Source: Lingula anatina (lineage: Eukaryota; Animalia; Brachiopoda). From it: a stretch of DNA of 64,000 nt. The notes below the pieces were generated by a model, which saw only the letters and a list, made by a program, of their open reading frames with translations, searched no databases and was not told where the DNA came from. A program made the position numbers and the translations under genes. Positions 1 to 12,745 of this stretch are shown here, piece by piece. How positions within the stretch are numbered: the stretch's first letter is position 1; every line of letters begins with the position of its first letter. The stretch lies in the NCBI GenBank assembly GCA_051362555.1, contig CM120643.1, positions 28,958,848-29,022,847 of the forward strand, in the 5' to 3' direction.

Positions 1-1303
1 CACAAGCGTATCAAACTGATACAATTTCGTTGAGTGATTTGATTCGTGGTGCGATTTATTTCGAAGGCATCAACACTGGCGACGAGGATAAACACTAGTG
101 CAAAACTGTGAGTCAAGTGTCTTTGAAAAAAATGGAGAAAAAATGTGAAGTTACGGAATTCGAACCGTACAGAAGTCCGGAGACATTAGGGTCACGCTCG
201 ACGCGATGGCTAGACAGTTTAAACTCTTCGCTGACGGAAAAGATTGATCTTTTCAAAACCAACGAACGGCATGAATAATGAACAAAGATAGAAAATTAAA
301 AATACATGACAAAGGAGACGCGCGCTTATGTTGTATTCAGCAGGGACAGGTGTACAACTTACAAGATATTTTCAGGACTCTCCCAAACACAGGTTAGAAA
401 CATGAATATACATAAGACAGTTAACGCTTTGAATGAAATTGGAACACCAGAAACTGAGTATGATGAAACTGAAGTCATTTGACAAACCAAGCCAGTCTAA
501 ACATTACGAGTTTAGACATGAAAAACGAAGTAGAAACTCCCTGACTGAGAAAACATGGAACGTTGGATCACTTTGCAAAACTCTGCAAAACTGAACCTAT
601 TATTCATGTAAATGACAGCTTTGAACATGATAATCCAGGAGTGCATATACATTTGGTGTGGGAACCAATGCACAGAAGACATGGAGGAAATAGAGGAGGT
701 GTTAATCTCAGTGTATTACCAGATTCAGGTGCATATTGTAATATCATTGATGAAAATACATGGAGAATGCTGAAATCCAAGAAAAATAAATGTGACTCTT
801 GTGGAGGACCAGAAAACAAACAGTATTATTCATACACGTCTGAGAAACCTTTAAAAGTGAAGGGAACATTTGAATATGACGTAAAGGCAAGCAAAGGAAG
901 AGACCAGTAGTAGTGAAAGGACATGGGATTTGATATGAGTTGATTAGTTTTGAGAATTTTCAGTGTGGTTTAAGGAATAAAAGTTGGAGTTCATATGCTA
1001 TTCTGCAAATGTTTGAAAAGACATTTTAAAGACTGAACTGTCAATTAACATGTTTTGAAAGGACCGTTTCTCTCCAAGAAAGGAAGGGATGTTGTGTTTG
1101 GACTTGACATTTGAATGAACTTTTGTTAACTTGGTAGAGTTACTTGTTCCATTGTTGATTCCTTTAATAACTATAAGCTTGTCAAGGAGGCGGGTGTATC
1201 ATTTCTTAGTGTTATGGATTTGAAAAAAGCGCAAGCATTGCAAACTGGTTCAATTCATTGAGTGATTTGATTCATGATGTGATTTAATTCAAAAGCATTG
1301 ATA
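1..1303 (+). mobile_element. Internally deleted Ty3/Gypsy-like LTR retrotransposon relic (5' LTR end 1-75, PBS ~77-88, decayed gag/protease, PPT, 3' LTR ~1090-1303)
   Basis: 1-75 is a diverged direct repeat of ~1230-1303. TGGCGACGAG follows CAACA (PBS-like). Purine tract AAGAAAGGAAGGGA precedes TGTTGTG at 1090. ORF 563-910 contains an aspartic-protease motif (VLPDSGAYCNII). No RT or integrase. Confidence 0.8.
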
Positions 1304-2052
1304 CTGGGGTTTGTTTTTGTGCACATGTAATTCTCTTTTAATTGTACATCTATATCTGTGCTGGAGTATACATATTTTTTTTTTCAGAATTTACATGTAT
1401 GTACAGTACTGTAGCCAGCATGCAAGTTGAATTGAAACAGTTACTGCATGGTTATTTATAATTTTGTTATAACTCTCCATCATCTAAAAAAGAATGTTTT
1501 TTCATTCATTATTCAAGATTTATCCATTACAAAACTATATTCATTAGTGATTATTATTATTAATGATATGTTTGAATTAGTTTAAAAATGACAATGTATA
1601 ATATTATTTAGGTTGAGGTGTGCAAAAATATTTCCCCCTCAAATCCCTCCCCCCCCCCCCTATGTACATGCATAATTAATTACAATTTTTGTAATTTGTG
1701 TTAATTCAGATTCGATGAGCAGCTTTGTGTTGAAAAAAAAATTGTTGTTATAACTGTTTTCTTTACATGTATGTAAGTGACATTTCCTCCTGTTAAGTGT
1801 CTGTATATTTGCCTTTTTGCAGTGTGGTTTTTTTTTTTTTTTTTTTTCAAACATACAAATTGTTTTGTACAAAAAGACAAGGAGTGGCCCTTAATTTGTT
1901 GCATGTTAGTTGCCAGCAAGGTTATATAATGTGTAATAATTTTGTTTAGGGTTTTAGCACAGAATAAATACTTGAATCTTGAATCTTGTATGTCTTTTTT
2001 TATAGTTATCTTATTGAATAATTAAAAATAATTAAAAAAAGAAAAAAAAAAA

Positions 2053-2492
2053 ACAATCTGGGCCATATGTGGTCCATGTCCGGCCCTAATCTGGCCCACA
2101 TCCGGCATGCCATACCTTTGCCAGATATTGCCAGATCTGGGCCAGATCTGGCCACATGAGCAAATGTGAAATAATAAAAAAAAACAATCTGGGCCATATG
2201 TGGTCCATGTCTGGCCCTAATCTGGCCCATTTAAAAATGATCTGGCCCACATCTGGTCCACATCTGGCATGCCATACCTTTGCCAGATATTGCCAGATCT
2301 GGGCGGACATCTGGCCACATGAGCAAATGTGGACTGGGCCAGATGTGGCAATGTCTGGGCCAGATCTGGCCCAAACATTGCCACATCTGGCCCACATCTG
2401 GCAAGCCATACGTGGGCCATACCTTTTGCCAGACATTGCCAGACGTTGCCAGATCTGGGCCAGATGTGGGCCAGATCACTGAGGCTGTCTGG
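2053..2492. repeat. Array of ~11-bp TCTGGGCCAGA/TCTGGCCCACA units in both orientations, probably the interior and one end (GCTGTCTGGG) of a non-autonomous element
   Basis: Visible short tandem and inverted units, plus a ~131-bp duplication (2053-2183 vs 2184-2310). Produces spurious ORFs on both strands. Confidence 0.75.
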
Positions 2493-2683
2493 GCAGCTAT
2501 GGATAAAATCAATATATTTGAGAAATGAAATGAAATGATGCGTAGTTTCAACTATGAAGCAATGACCATGCTTTATGACTCAGAAAGTACTGCTGACCAA
2601 TTTCCCAATACAATCCTTTTGTGCTCTGTAATCAATTCTAAACACAACCCTTAGTGATATCATATAGATATTATAACCAGTAC

Positions 2684-3344
2684 CTTGTCAAAGAGACAGG
2701 AGATTTCCCCACCAGGAAGGAGGCACTGTTCATACTCATCACAGTGTTAGCAATAGATATAACAGACAGCAGGTGCTGGGTGGTCACCGCCTCCGACACT
2801 TCCCAGTGAGCTCTGCTGGTGAACAACTGGGCTTCCCTGTCAACAGATGGCGCCGGTGAGGCAGTCGACTCTGCAGACTTGCCCTTCTTGTCCAAGACAT
2901 GCTTAGACTGGAGGCAGAGCTTCTTGTGCCAGCCAGGTAGGAGGAGGGACATGTGACCCCCACGGGAGATCAGGCCAAAGGAGATTGGCGCTAAAGGTGT
3001 CAGGAGGCCTAGTTTGCTGATACACAACTTGTCCAGATCAGGGTCTAAGCCCCAGGCATGAAGACAGGACATCAACAACTGGGCGATCTCCATGGTCAGG
3101 TTCCCCTCTGTTAGATAGATATTTTTAGGCCTGCGCTGGGCATGCTTTCTGTGGTGATACTGTGGAGGCTGCGAGGGCCGTTGTGGTTTACCTCCGCCCT
3201 TGTGAGTGGTTCCACCTTTCTCATGGTGTTTATGGTAGTGAGGGCGGTGAGTGCCTGCATGGTGAGGCTTCCCAGCAGCCTCCATTCTGGCCTGAATCTC
3301 CTGGCCAACATTCTCTGCCTTGTCCTTGACCTTGGCTAGAAAAC
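2684..3344 (-). CDS. WDR7: WDR7 (Rabconnectin-3 beta) coding exon 17; gene continues left out of the window
   Basis: AG..GT bounded, phase 1-2. Encodes TMEIAQLLMSCLHAWGLDPDLD...ISFGLISRGGHMSLLLPGW...TTQHLLSVISIANT, characteristic of WDR7. Confidence 0.9.
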
Positions 3345-3632
3345 CTGAACACAAATAAAAAATAACATGATAAACGTACTATTTTTATTTTAGCACAAAT
3401 ACATTCAATTTGTTAACTCTGATTTATATAACATGCACTAACAGGTGCATGCAAACCAAGGAGTTATAACAGAAGGAGATTACACACAAGCCTTTCTATT
3501 GTCCGATGTCTGTTACGGTGGGCGGAGCTAGCTACGGGGGGCCTCCGGTCTCAAGGTTTCGTCTGCGTCGCTCTCCTCAGCTTGGAGATAAATTTCATAT
3601 GCGTTATTTCGCGTTAGAATTCGAGATCAGTA

Positions 3633-3899
3633 ATGTCAAAGCGCCGCTGTATGCTGACGATTTTTTTCACAGGTAATTATTTGGACGATGTGCTGGAAGG
3701 GAACGATATCATAGAAAGCGATTATAAGGTGGTGATTGAGGATGGTCGCCATGAGCTTTTTTTAGTCGGTGATAGATGGCTTTTTTATGGCACAACCCGG
3801 TGAAAAATCACCAAGGAGAAGTCAAAAGAAAACGTCCCAACTGTGGTTTGTGAAAATGACATTCAAGTGAACGTCTGTCCTCACTGCCAAAGGACATAA
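3633..3899 (+). pseudogene. Decayed cargo ORF inside the 4.5-kb element (88 codons with one internal TGA, ends VCPHCQRT*)
   Basis: Manual translation: MSKRRCMLTIFFTGNYLDDVLEGNDIIESDYKVVIEDGRHELFLVGDRWLFYGTTR*KITKEKSKENVPTVVCENDIQVNVCPHCQRT*. GC box GGGCGG upstream near 3520. Confidence 0.4.
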
Positions 3900-5019
3900 T
3901 ATTAATACATTAACGTTTGGACCCTCCTGCCCTTGGGTCCCATAAACATATACATTGTGACAGTGTTTGTGTCTGGTTTTAAATTTCTTAAAGTATTTTT
4001 TCTCTCACTCGGTATAATTTTAATATTATAATCCATTTAATTAAAATTTTAATCCAAGGTTGAGGCAATGCCACGACACGTCAGTTTACTGAATACTCGT
4101 TATAAATTTCTTTATCTTGGAAATTTCCCTTTTTTTCAGGATTATTTGACACGTACTAACACTGTTCATATTTGTCGGTAAACAAGTGCACAGTGCTATA
4201 CATTAAGAATAATTTTTATTCATTCATAAATATATTTATGTACAAAATATATCAGAAATTTTAGTATTCACTGAGCTCTTTAAAGTGAAACAAATAAAGA
4301 TGAGAATATTGAATTTCAAACTATTATTTACTATATTAACTTAAAATATCTTTTAAGTCAACTCTATTCTGAAGCACTCTATACTCATGAAAGTAGCATC
4401 TGTAAGTAAAACCATTTTATTATATCAATAGAAGAACAAAAACAAAAATTTTTCACATAAGCAGTAATAAATGAAGTCATAAGAATGATTAAGTTGCTAC
4501 AGTTTTCCAGTTTTATGCAGTCTATGATGGCATTTTTTTCAACCGTGCAAGTAGAAATAATTATATTCTTTTTTATCTGACTTGCTGATACCAGTCTGTG
4601 CCAGATACTGTTCCACTTACAGGCCAGCAAGGTCTGAGAATCTAATGGGCCGAATGAAAAAAAAAAAATCCTAAAAGATAAAGTGGTTAATTCTTACAAA
4701 TAGGATAAAAAACATGGGATTTTCAAAAGGTTATTAAAGATCAAGACAACACTTAGTAAGAACATTTATAAAATGTAACAGCTGAAAAAATTAACTGGTA
4801 AGTAAGCAGTAAGTGACTGCTTTAAAGAAATTTCACTGAAACAGAAATTTCACTGGCAATCAGGTAGACTGTTATACCATGGCACTCAACAATTTATATA
4901 TAGGTTTTGAATTTTTTTCCACGTAACAGTAACATGAAATTTATGTCCACTTTTGCAATGTATAGAGTCAGTTAGGTGACTGAAAATATTTTAAAATGTC
5001 ATAAAGGAGCACTATTAAT

Positions 5020-7734
5020 TTAATGCAATCTCTGTTGGCCAGTCTTATCCAGTTTCTTCTCCAAATAGGCACCCTGAGCTTCAGAGCTAACTTGACACTA
5101 ACCTTTTCACTGTAGCCTATCTCCATCGTGTCAAGTAACCTCTGACGAAAATAGTTTGACCTATTTTATATAAGCCAATCGAATCCATGTTTCAAAATTT
5201 TTCACCAAAGTTTGGTGAAAACGCTGATTGGTTGATCGTCAATCGGCAATCCTCGGCTGATTCCGCAAGCTCCATACTAACAACATACTAGTTATTGTCG
5301 AGTGCGGAGACATCCGAGTAGTTCCGAGTGCATAACCGTACACAAAGAAAGCATGGAGTATATCGGAATTGAAACCAGAGCAGTATGATGCCCTGCATCA
5401 TTATCTACTGAGGGATGACGTATTTTGCGTGCTGCCCACAGGTTACGGCAAGTCCCTGATATTCAGCCTTATCTTTAATTGGTCCGGATTTGAACAAAGC
5501 GCGCTTTGACTCGTTCGCGTTCATTGGCTAGATCGTTCAATGAGTCATTGAGTGCGGGCTTTAAATTTGATTGGCGGGCGGCGGGGGCACTCGAATCTGG
5601 TCAGAGGTTACTTGACACGATGGAGATAGGCTACAGTGAAAAGGTTACTGTCAAGTTAGCTCTGAAGCTCAGGGTGCAAATAGGACAACTCAAGTAAGAA
5701 TTTCTTCAGGGCCTTTTCTTCTGCCTTGCTAATGCCATGCCACTCAGAAAAGAGAGAAACCTGTAGGTAAGAAAAAAAAAACATAATAATAGCATTATGA
5801 ACTACTAGTATCCATGTAGACATTATGGAATTACGCAGTGAAGTTTAATGTGTCTTGTTATGACTTGACTGAAGTAATGTTCACCACATAAATGAACAAT
5901 TTACAACTAAATTTATACAGAACATCAAGATTCATGATCACAAGCTAATAACCCCAAGAAATTGAAAGAAATTGTACTTATTACAAGAAATTATTTAAAT
6001 CTGCCCTGGTTCCTACTCTTCTGACAGGACAAAAAGGGGATTTCAGAGAGGCTGGTTGCTAAAAGGAAAATGCCCAAGGTTGTTGTATTTTGAAAAGAAA
6101 ATTAAAAAGGGTACTGTTGTTAGTGAATGTTTAATGCATCTTAGGCATTATGACAAAAGTAACTTACCCCAGACACACTGACCTCCTTTTTTCATTGACA
6201 TTTTTTAATTTTTTCCAGCCTGACCATAATTCATATATTCAATGCAGCCTTCTCCAAAATCTATAATAGAAAAAAAAACTTGAGTAGTGTTAAGATATGC
6301 ATGTCAAATTCATTATCAATTTTGAGAGAATTTCTGTTTCAACACTACAAGATGAAATATTTAATTTCAAGTAATGAATAAACCTTAATAGAGTTCTATT
6401 CTTTTGTAACCACCAAGGCAAAGCTTCTTTCTTAAAATGAACTGAAACATCCAAGCTTGCCACCTAACATACCAAAGTAGTGAAGTATAATTTAAGTAGA
6501 GAAGCAAGTACCCCTTAATTATAGAGGTGTCTTACACAATAAGGTGTGTCTTACACACCTTGACTCAAAGAGAGATGTGTAGTGAGATAACAGGTAAAGT
6601 AATTGGTGGAGCCTAGGTGAACTTAAAACCTTAAGACTTTAAATTAAAAAGCACCAGGATTCATGTGTGTTCTTTTTTCAAAGGTTTAATATGAATTAAA
6701 ACATATATATGTAAAAAGAAGACTAAATAAGTTAAAAATAACTATACCAAAGACACTGTGAAGTCAAACTTCCTGTTAGACCGCCATGATGGAAAATGCT
6801 GGGTGGAGGCAAAATTTTCCAGTCAAAAAAACTGAGCACTTTACTTTAACAACAAAGTTACCACTCCAAAGCCACCCACCATGGTGAGAAGAAAAATGAT
6901 GACCAACTGTCATGATAAGTCTTTTTAGATTTAAACATGAAAAAGGTAAAGGCCAAAATTGTACATTTACCCATAACACTAGAGTAAAAAATTGGTATTC
7001 TGAACAAATCAGGTTATTTTTTTCAAGAAATATTGGAGCAGTATCCATGCAATATACACCACGCCACGACCAAGATGTTCAAGAATCTAAACACACCAAT
7101 TTTTTTTATAATCTTGCATTTGAAAAGTACAAAAAGCGGTAAGGCTTTTGGCCGTAACAAGCGTAACACTTTTTGATCGGAACTCATGAAAATTGTCAAT
7201 TGTCGTATCCAAGCTAGACCACATGTAAAATCGCAAAAAAAAAAAACAATACTGCTCAAGCAAGTGTGTTGCACACATAACAATTAGTTAAATTTTATGA
7301 CTGTCATGGGACACAAGTTTCAAAAAGTAGGAGGAAAATGTCTTTTGGAGTAATTTTATTTTCGAAATATTAACAAGATGGCGGCTTAAGCATCTGCTTG
7401 TTATTCGGCTACTGAAAGTGCACCTAAGTTTTATTCTTTGCTATTGCCACAAATTACTTAACAATTGCAACTGTATAAAGACCAAACTTTCTTCATCTGA
7501 TACTATATTTATAGGCACTTGTTATGAGTGGGAAATATTTTTCGTGCAATATTTATTCTCCACACACCACCTCGCGAGATCAACGTGTAGCTGGACACTT
7601 ACACAGTGAGACCCTACGACATAAAAGTTGCAATTTATCTTCATATTTCGTGTAGTTATGCATTTAAAAGCACTTACCTGTTTTTTGAAAACCTTGTCCA
7701 ACGTACTATCATATAAATTCTGTATTTCTCTCAT
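5020..7734 (-). pseudogene. Decayed intron-containing cargo gene inside the 4.5-kb element (exon-like pieces 7678-7734, ~7450-7590, 6183-6260, 5020-5760 split by a nested insertion)
   Basis: Phase-0 GT/AG-bounded segments with polypyrimidine tracts. Removing the nested element restores the frame VSLFSEWHGISKAEEKALKKFLLELSYL|EKKLDKTGQQRLH*. Confidence 0.45.
5070..5676. mobile_element. 607-bp non-autonomous TIR element with a RecQ-like helicase fragment (AcademH-like), nested in the 4.5-kb element
   Basis: 77-bp TIRs with one mismatch (5070-5146 / 5600-5676). 8-bp TSD CAAATAGG. Internal + strand frame ELKPEQYDALHHYLLRDDVFCVLPTGYGKSLIF matches the SF2/RecQ Q-motif and Walker A. Confidence 0.8.
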
Positions 7735-8686
7735 TTTTTAGAAACTTGGGACTCCGTTTCTGTTTCTGTCCTCAAAAATCAACAGACGAAGGCACAGATA
7801 CTAGCAAACGAGATTTAAACGAGAGTAACAATTAAGCGTAACAGAGATAGGCATCCATTGTTCTCTGGGTTCTATTCATTCCGACCAATGAGAGACCGTA
7901 ATACGGGCTCCGCCCCCACGCATGTAATCTCCTTCTGTTATAACTCCTTGTGCAAACACACACAAACATACAATATAAGCAAAATGGCATTTTATATTCC
8001 TGATATGAGAAATAATATCATGCTCATACGATATAAATAGTAAACGCTTCTATTATAGTGACAAATTATATAACAACTTGGACCACACTTATGTTCATAA
8101 ACACAGTGTTATGGCCTGCATGCAGATTCTAAAACATTACAAGCATTTTGACAGATTTTTTTTATTTATTTATTTATTTTTGTACCATCACAACAATATA
8201 TTACATTAAAAAAATTACATTTATGAAATATCAAATGGTTGACTTTTATCTCCTAAAACAGCAGTAAATGGTTTAAATAAGTAAAACTTTTTTGTTGTAT
8301 AAAATACTATAATGAAGTTCAATATTTGGGGGAAAAACAGAAAATTTTTAATAAATCATATGACAGGGAACTTTATATCATGCATGATTTTTTAATCATG
8401 GATAAGTGTTTATCTTGGATATTAACTATATACATCACTGAACTTTTTACCATCGATACCTGGTAAGCTGAACATAATATTTTTGATAACTTTAAGAAAC
8501 ATGCTGGTGGGGTAAAGAGCAAGAATAAATAAAATATTATGGATAACTTATTTCATGGATATCTTTATATAATTGATAACTTAATATAACAGGTATTTCA
8601 TATCATGGCTAACTAAAACAGTGGATATTTTCACATAATGGAGAACTGTACACCATGCTGACGGGGTTCACAGCACGCGGTCTCAC

Positions 8687-8758
8687 CACACGGCCAATAG
8701 CCCTGCAGGAACGGTGCCGCCAGCACCATGATGTGGTGAAATGAGGCTAATTCAGAAA
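8687..8758 (-). CDS. WDR7: Candidate WDR7 cassette exon (72 nt, phase 1-1; alternative donor at 8654 gives 105 nt)
   Basis: GC-rich island, TAG-CAG tandem acceptor, G|GTGAGA donor, open in the required phase (SELASFHHIMVLAAPFLQGYWPC). No homology support. Confidence 0.4.
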
Positions 8759-9364
8759 CTGCTACAAAATATAACAGAAGTAAAGCAAGGGCATAGAAGC
8801 TAATGGGTGCTCTAAATTGTTGACAAATGAAGCATTAGTTTATTTGACATCACTGCCTATCATCATCAACACTCTAAAACTTCAATAAAATAAAAACTAC
8901 TTGCCAAAGCAAAAAGCCTAAAAGCTGATAGACAATCTTATAATAAATAAAAGCAACTATAACATGAAAGCAAAGCACAAGTTTAAAATTGTGTGCACTA
9001 AAAAACAATCATATAGTCTAGCAGACAGCAATTTCATTGAAACTTAATTGATATCAAAATAATCAAAATGTTTTTTATTTTTAAGTAGCTGTGAATTGTT
9101 TTCTGAAATATCTCAATCAAATTAACCACTAACATACAAAATCTATCATATTCATTTCTGATCTTCAAAGAAATTATCAAATTCATTATAAAACAATAAA
9201 AGACCTCCAAAGTTCAAGAATGACCATGTCATTGAAAACCTTCAAAGAAATTGTCAAATTCATCATATTTAACAATAATGACTTCCATATTTTACTAATT
9301 ATATACAGTTTTACTAATGCTCTTCACAGAAACTAAAACAATCATCATAATTCAAACAACAAAC

Positions 9365-9496
9365 CTTCAAATTTCTGCTTTATTTCATCAGTGCCCGTCT
9401 TCTGCTCTGACTGAGAATGCTGGGATATGGTCTTTATACCGTGCGCCTCCATGGTGCCTGGAGACATGGCTGCATATTCATCACTTAGTAATTGTA
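9365..9496 (-). CDS. WDR7: WDR7 coding exon 16
   Basis: Phase 1-1, VQLLSDEYAAMSPG..., continues FDTEALI as in WDR7 orthologues. Confidence 0.85.
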
Positions 9497-9822
9497 CTGA
9501 AAGTTTCAAACAATATCTAAGAGAACAGAGCCACATTTTGCTAGTAAATTGCACTTGAGAGGGCTTTTATTCTTCTTGATTGCCATAATTAGAGAAAAAC
9601 ATTTAATGATGAAAAATAATTATAGTATCTGTGAGAATGACTCAATTATACAATTGCCTTAGCAAACATGAAAAATTTGCAGCAAATTTGCAAGTTAGAG
9701 CATTTATTCTTTGTGGCAAGTGTGCAAGAAAGCATTTAGATCTCTGCAAATTTGCAGCACTGTGGTAGGACTCCATTGCATGGTAAAATTCTTAATGGGT
9801 TAAAACTGACCTATGGTAGTCT

Positions 9823-9990
9823 GTTTCAATCCAAAGAGAAAAACTGACCTGTGAGAGCCTCTGTCTCAAATCAAAGAGTAAAACTGACCTATGAGAGCCT
9901 ACATGTATCTTTCAAATCAAAGAAATAAACTGTCCTATGAGAGCCTCTGTTTCAAATCAAAGAGTAAAACTAACCTATGAGAGCCTCTGT
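9823..9990. repeat. Degenerate ~37-bp tandem repeat (about 5 copies) built from the WDR7 exon-15 end plus splice donor
   Basis: Unit AAACTGACCTATGAGAGCCTCTGTTTCAAATCAAAGAGTA. The copy at ~9967-9995 overlaps the real donor at 9974/9975. Confidence 0.8.
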
Positions 9991-10125
9991 ATCAAAGAAG
10001 AGAACATGTGACTCAGGGTCTCTGAGGTTGGCTTTGATGCCCTGTATCATCATGGGGAAGGCCTGTGTTTTACCACTGAGGTCAGGACGATTACGGGTAG
10101 GATCTGAGCCTGGCTGGTTGATCTG
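9975..10125 (-). CDS. WDR7: WDR7 coding exon 15
   Basis: CAGCAG acceptor; ...IQGIKANLRDPESHVLFFDTEALI; phase 0-1. Confidence 0.9.
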
Positions 10126-10567
10126 CTGGGAGAGAAGAAAAATATTGTTATTCCACAAAATGTGCTAAAATGTAACAAAATGTGTTATAAATTTAACAAA
10201 ATCTGCTATAAAGGTAACAAAACATGCATTAAATGTAATAGCAAAATGTGTTATAAATGCAATAACAAAATGTGTCACAATGTTACAAAATGTAACATCA
10301 CAAAAATGAATGTAAGCTTTGTCAGAGTAACTCTCAATATATGACTCATGTCAGTAAAACTAGCAATCTTATCTGATTCAGCTGTTTGAGTTGAAAAGGA
10401 ATTTCATGTATGACATGTGCAAGTTTAAATCCTTTGCATCTGCAATACAATGATACCAAATTTCTCAAATAACATCAGGAACTCATATTTCATTTATCCA
10501 TATCTTATAGGCCAAATGACTGTACGTTTCTAAATATTGATTTTTGACATCACAGATAAACACCTAC

Positions 10568-10758
10568 CTTAAATTTCTGCTCGGCTAAGTTCTTGAAGGT
10601 GGCCAGGTTTCTCCTCCTGAACGCCTGAGCTATGCTGATGGTGGGGTTGACCAGAGACTCACTGTGGTGCACAGAGTGACCCTCCGCCTTCATCATCTCG
10701 TCGCAAGCGTGAAGGATGTCCACAGCTGTGGTACCATGGACAACACGGTCTAGGTGAC
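10568..10758 (-). CDS. WDR7: WDR7 coding exon 14
   Basis: GHLDRVVHGTTAVDILHACDE...AQAFRRRNLATFKNLA; phase 1-0. Confidence 0.9.
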
Positions 10759-11202
10759 CTACAGGATACAGAGAATTACAAAATAAGTTCAGGTGCCTGT
10801 TTTGTCATTGTAATTTTGAATTAATTTTTGGTCCTACAAGATTTATCTGTCAAATTTGTGTCATATTTAAAAGGTGATTTGCTGTATTTATTGAAGTTTT
10901 ATCAACAGCTAAAACGTAAGCATCAACTAGATGACTTCTGTGCCATAATGTATGACAAAATAAGGGCTTACATGACAATACTATGATTAATATTTAAAAG
11001 TAATTTTTTATGAAACATTCAACTCTGTCATATAAACTACAGATTTATCATAATTACTTCTTACCAAAAAATTATTCCAACATTTACTTTTCAAAATTAC
11101 AACAATTTTCAATATTATAAACGTAATATTGTATAATAACTCTATTATCATTATAATTATAAATACAATTATTTCTCGTATAATAATGTTTAATGTTATT
11201 TA

Positions 11203-11427
<225 letters not shown>

Positions 11428-11461
11428 CTATTGGAGCAAGCAATATTTATACTATGAGGCT

Positions 11462-11717
11462 AATAAGAATGAGAAGAGCCGAGTGCTAGCTAGGCCAAGA
11501 CCTAAATATTGCAGACCTACATGAAAGGAAGACTGCTTAATCCTGTAATGGCCTCTCCGCCTCTCACACGGCTCACCACGAGTCATCCCTGCAGGGGCAC
11601 AGTAATTAAATCTCGGCTCCATTCAACCGGTAGAGGGATGATGCTTGGGGAGTTGTGTGAGAGGCTAGCACTCGGCTCTTATTATTCTGAATGGTCTCTT
11701 TTACTATCAACAGGCTA
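11462..11717. mobile_element. MITE-like inverted-repeat remnant just upstream of the WDR7 exon-13 acceptor
   Basis: 17-bp inverted repeat AAGAGCCGAGTGCTAGC (~11474-11490) / GCTAGCACTCGGCTCTT (~11664-11680) around a CpG-richer core. No TSD identified. Confidence 0.45.
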
Positions 11718-11958
11718 AAAAAAGATTCTATAAAATTAAAAGAGTAATGACACTCAAAATCTTGTTAAAGGTGCTGAACCACTTAAATGAAGTTGAAAAT
11801 ATTTAGATCATCATCACAGACTAGTCTTATTAGCCACACCAAGCAATGTCAAATTGCAACCTTCAAAATTGCTCTTATTTTATTATTATATATTTCATCT
11901 GATTCAGTAGCAAACAAGCAAAAGTAAACTGGGAAGATGGAGATGCCATAGTTCTTAC

Positions 11959-12179
11959 ATTACAGCCATCTGGAGGCACCATAAGCTGTGTAATCTCTCC
12001 ACCATGGACAGTAAATGTGTGGAGCTTGATCCCAGTGTAAATGTCCCATAGAAATACACAGAAGTCTGCTCCGCCGGAGACAAGATGCTGGGGCTCGTAG
12101 CGTGCTCCGTCGTTGAATGGGTACAACAGGGCAGTCACTCGGCCCTTGTGTCCATCTAGTACCTTGTGGACAGCATGGT
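11959..12179 (-). CDS. WDR7: WDR7 coding exon 12
   Basis: HKVLDGHKGRVTALLYP...LVSGGADFCVFLWDI; WD40 repeat; phase 1-0. Confidence 0.93.
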
Positions 12180-12433
12180 CTGAGATGATAAGAAACATTT
12201 ATCTTATTTAACCAGGTATTCAATGTTGGTTCATTTAAAGTGATTAACATATGTCTTTCAAATACTAGATTTTAAAAATACCTGTCGAGAAATAATCACT
12301 CCAATATTAATGCTTCTTTATAACATAAGTTATTTTTTCAGCTCTACAGAATCTTTCTCTTTTCTTCTTCATCTTTTAACTTGCTCTCTTATCTATGTGT
12401 TTTCTGACTAATTATAATTTTGGGGTTGTATCA

Positions 12434-12745
<312 letters not shown>

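Larger units (their letters stand above)
3457..7950. mobile_element. 4.5-kb non-autonomous TIR DNA transposon (P-superfamily-like) in a WDR7 intron, carrying decayed cargo ORFs
   Basis: Perfect 28-bp TIR CAAGGAGTTATAACAGAAGGAGATTACA (3457-3484 / 7923-7950). 7-bp TSD TGCAAAC (3450-3456 / 7951-7957). Superfamily is inferred from the CAA terminus and TSD length. Confidence 0.8.

Noticed and set aside
2006-2551. Seven overlapping ORFs on both strands
   Set aside because: By-product of a stop-poor ~11-bp palindromic repeat; not coding.
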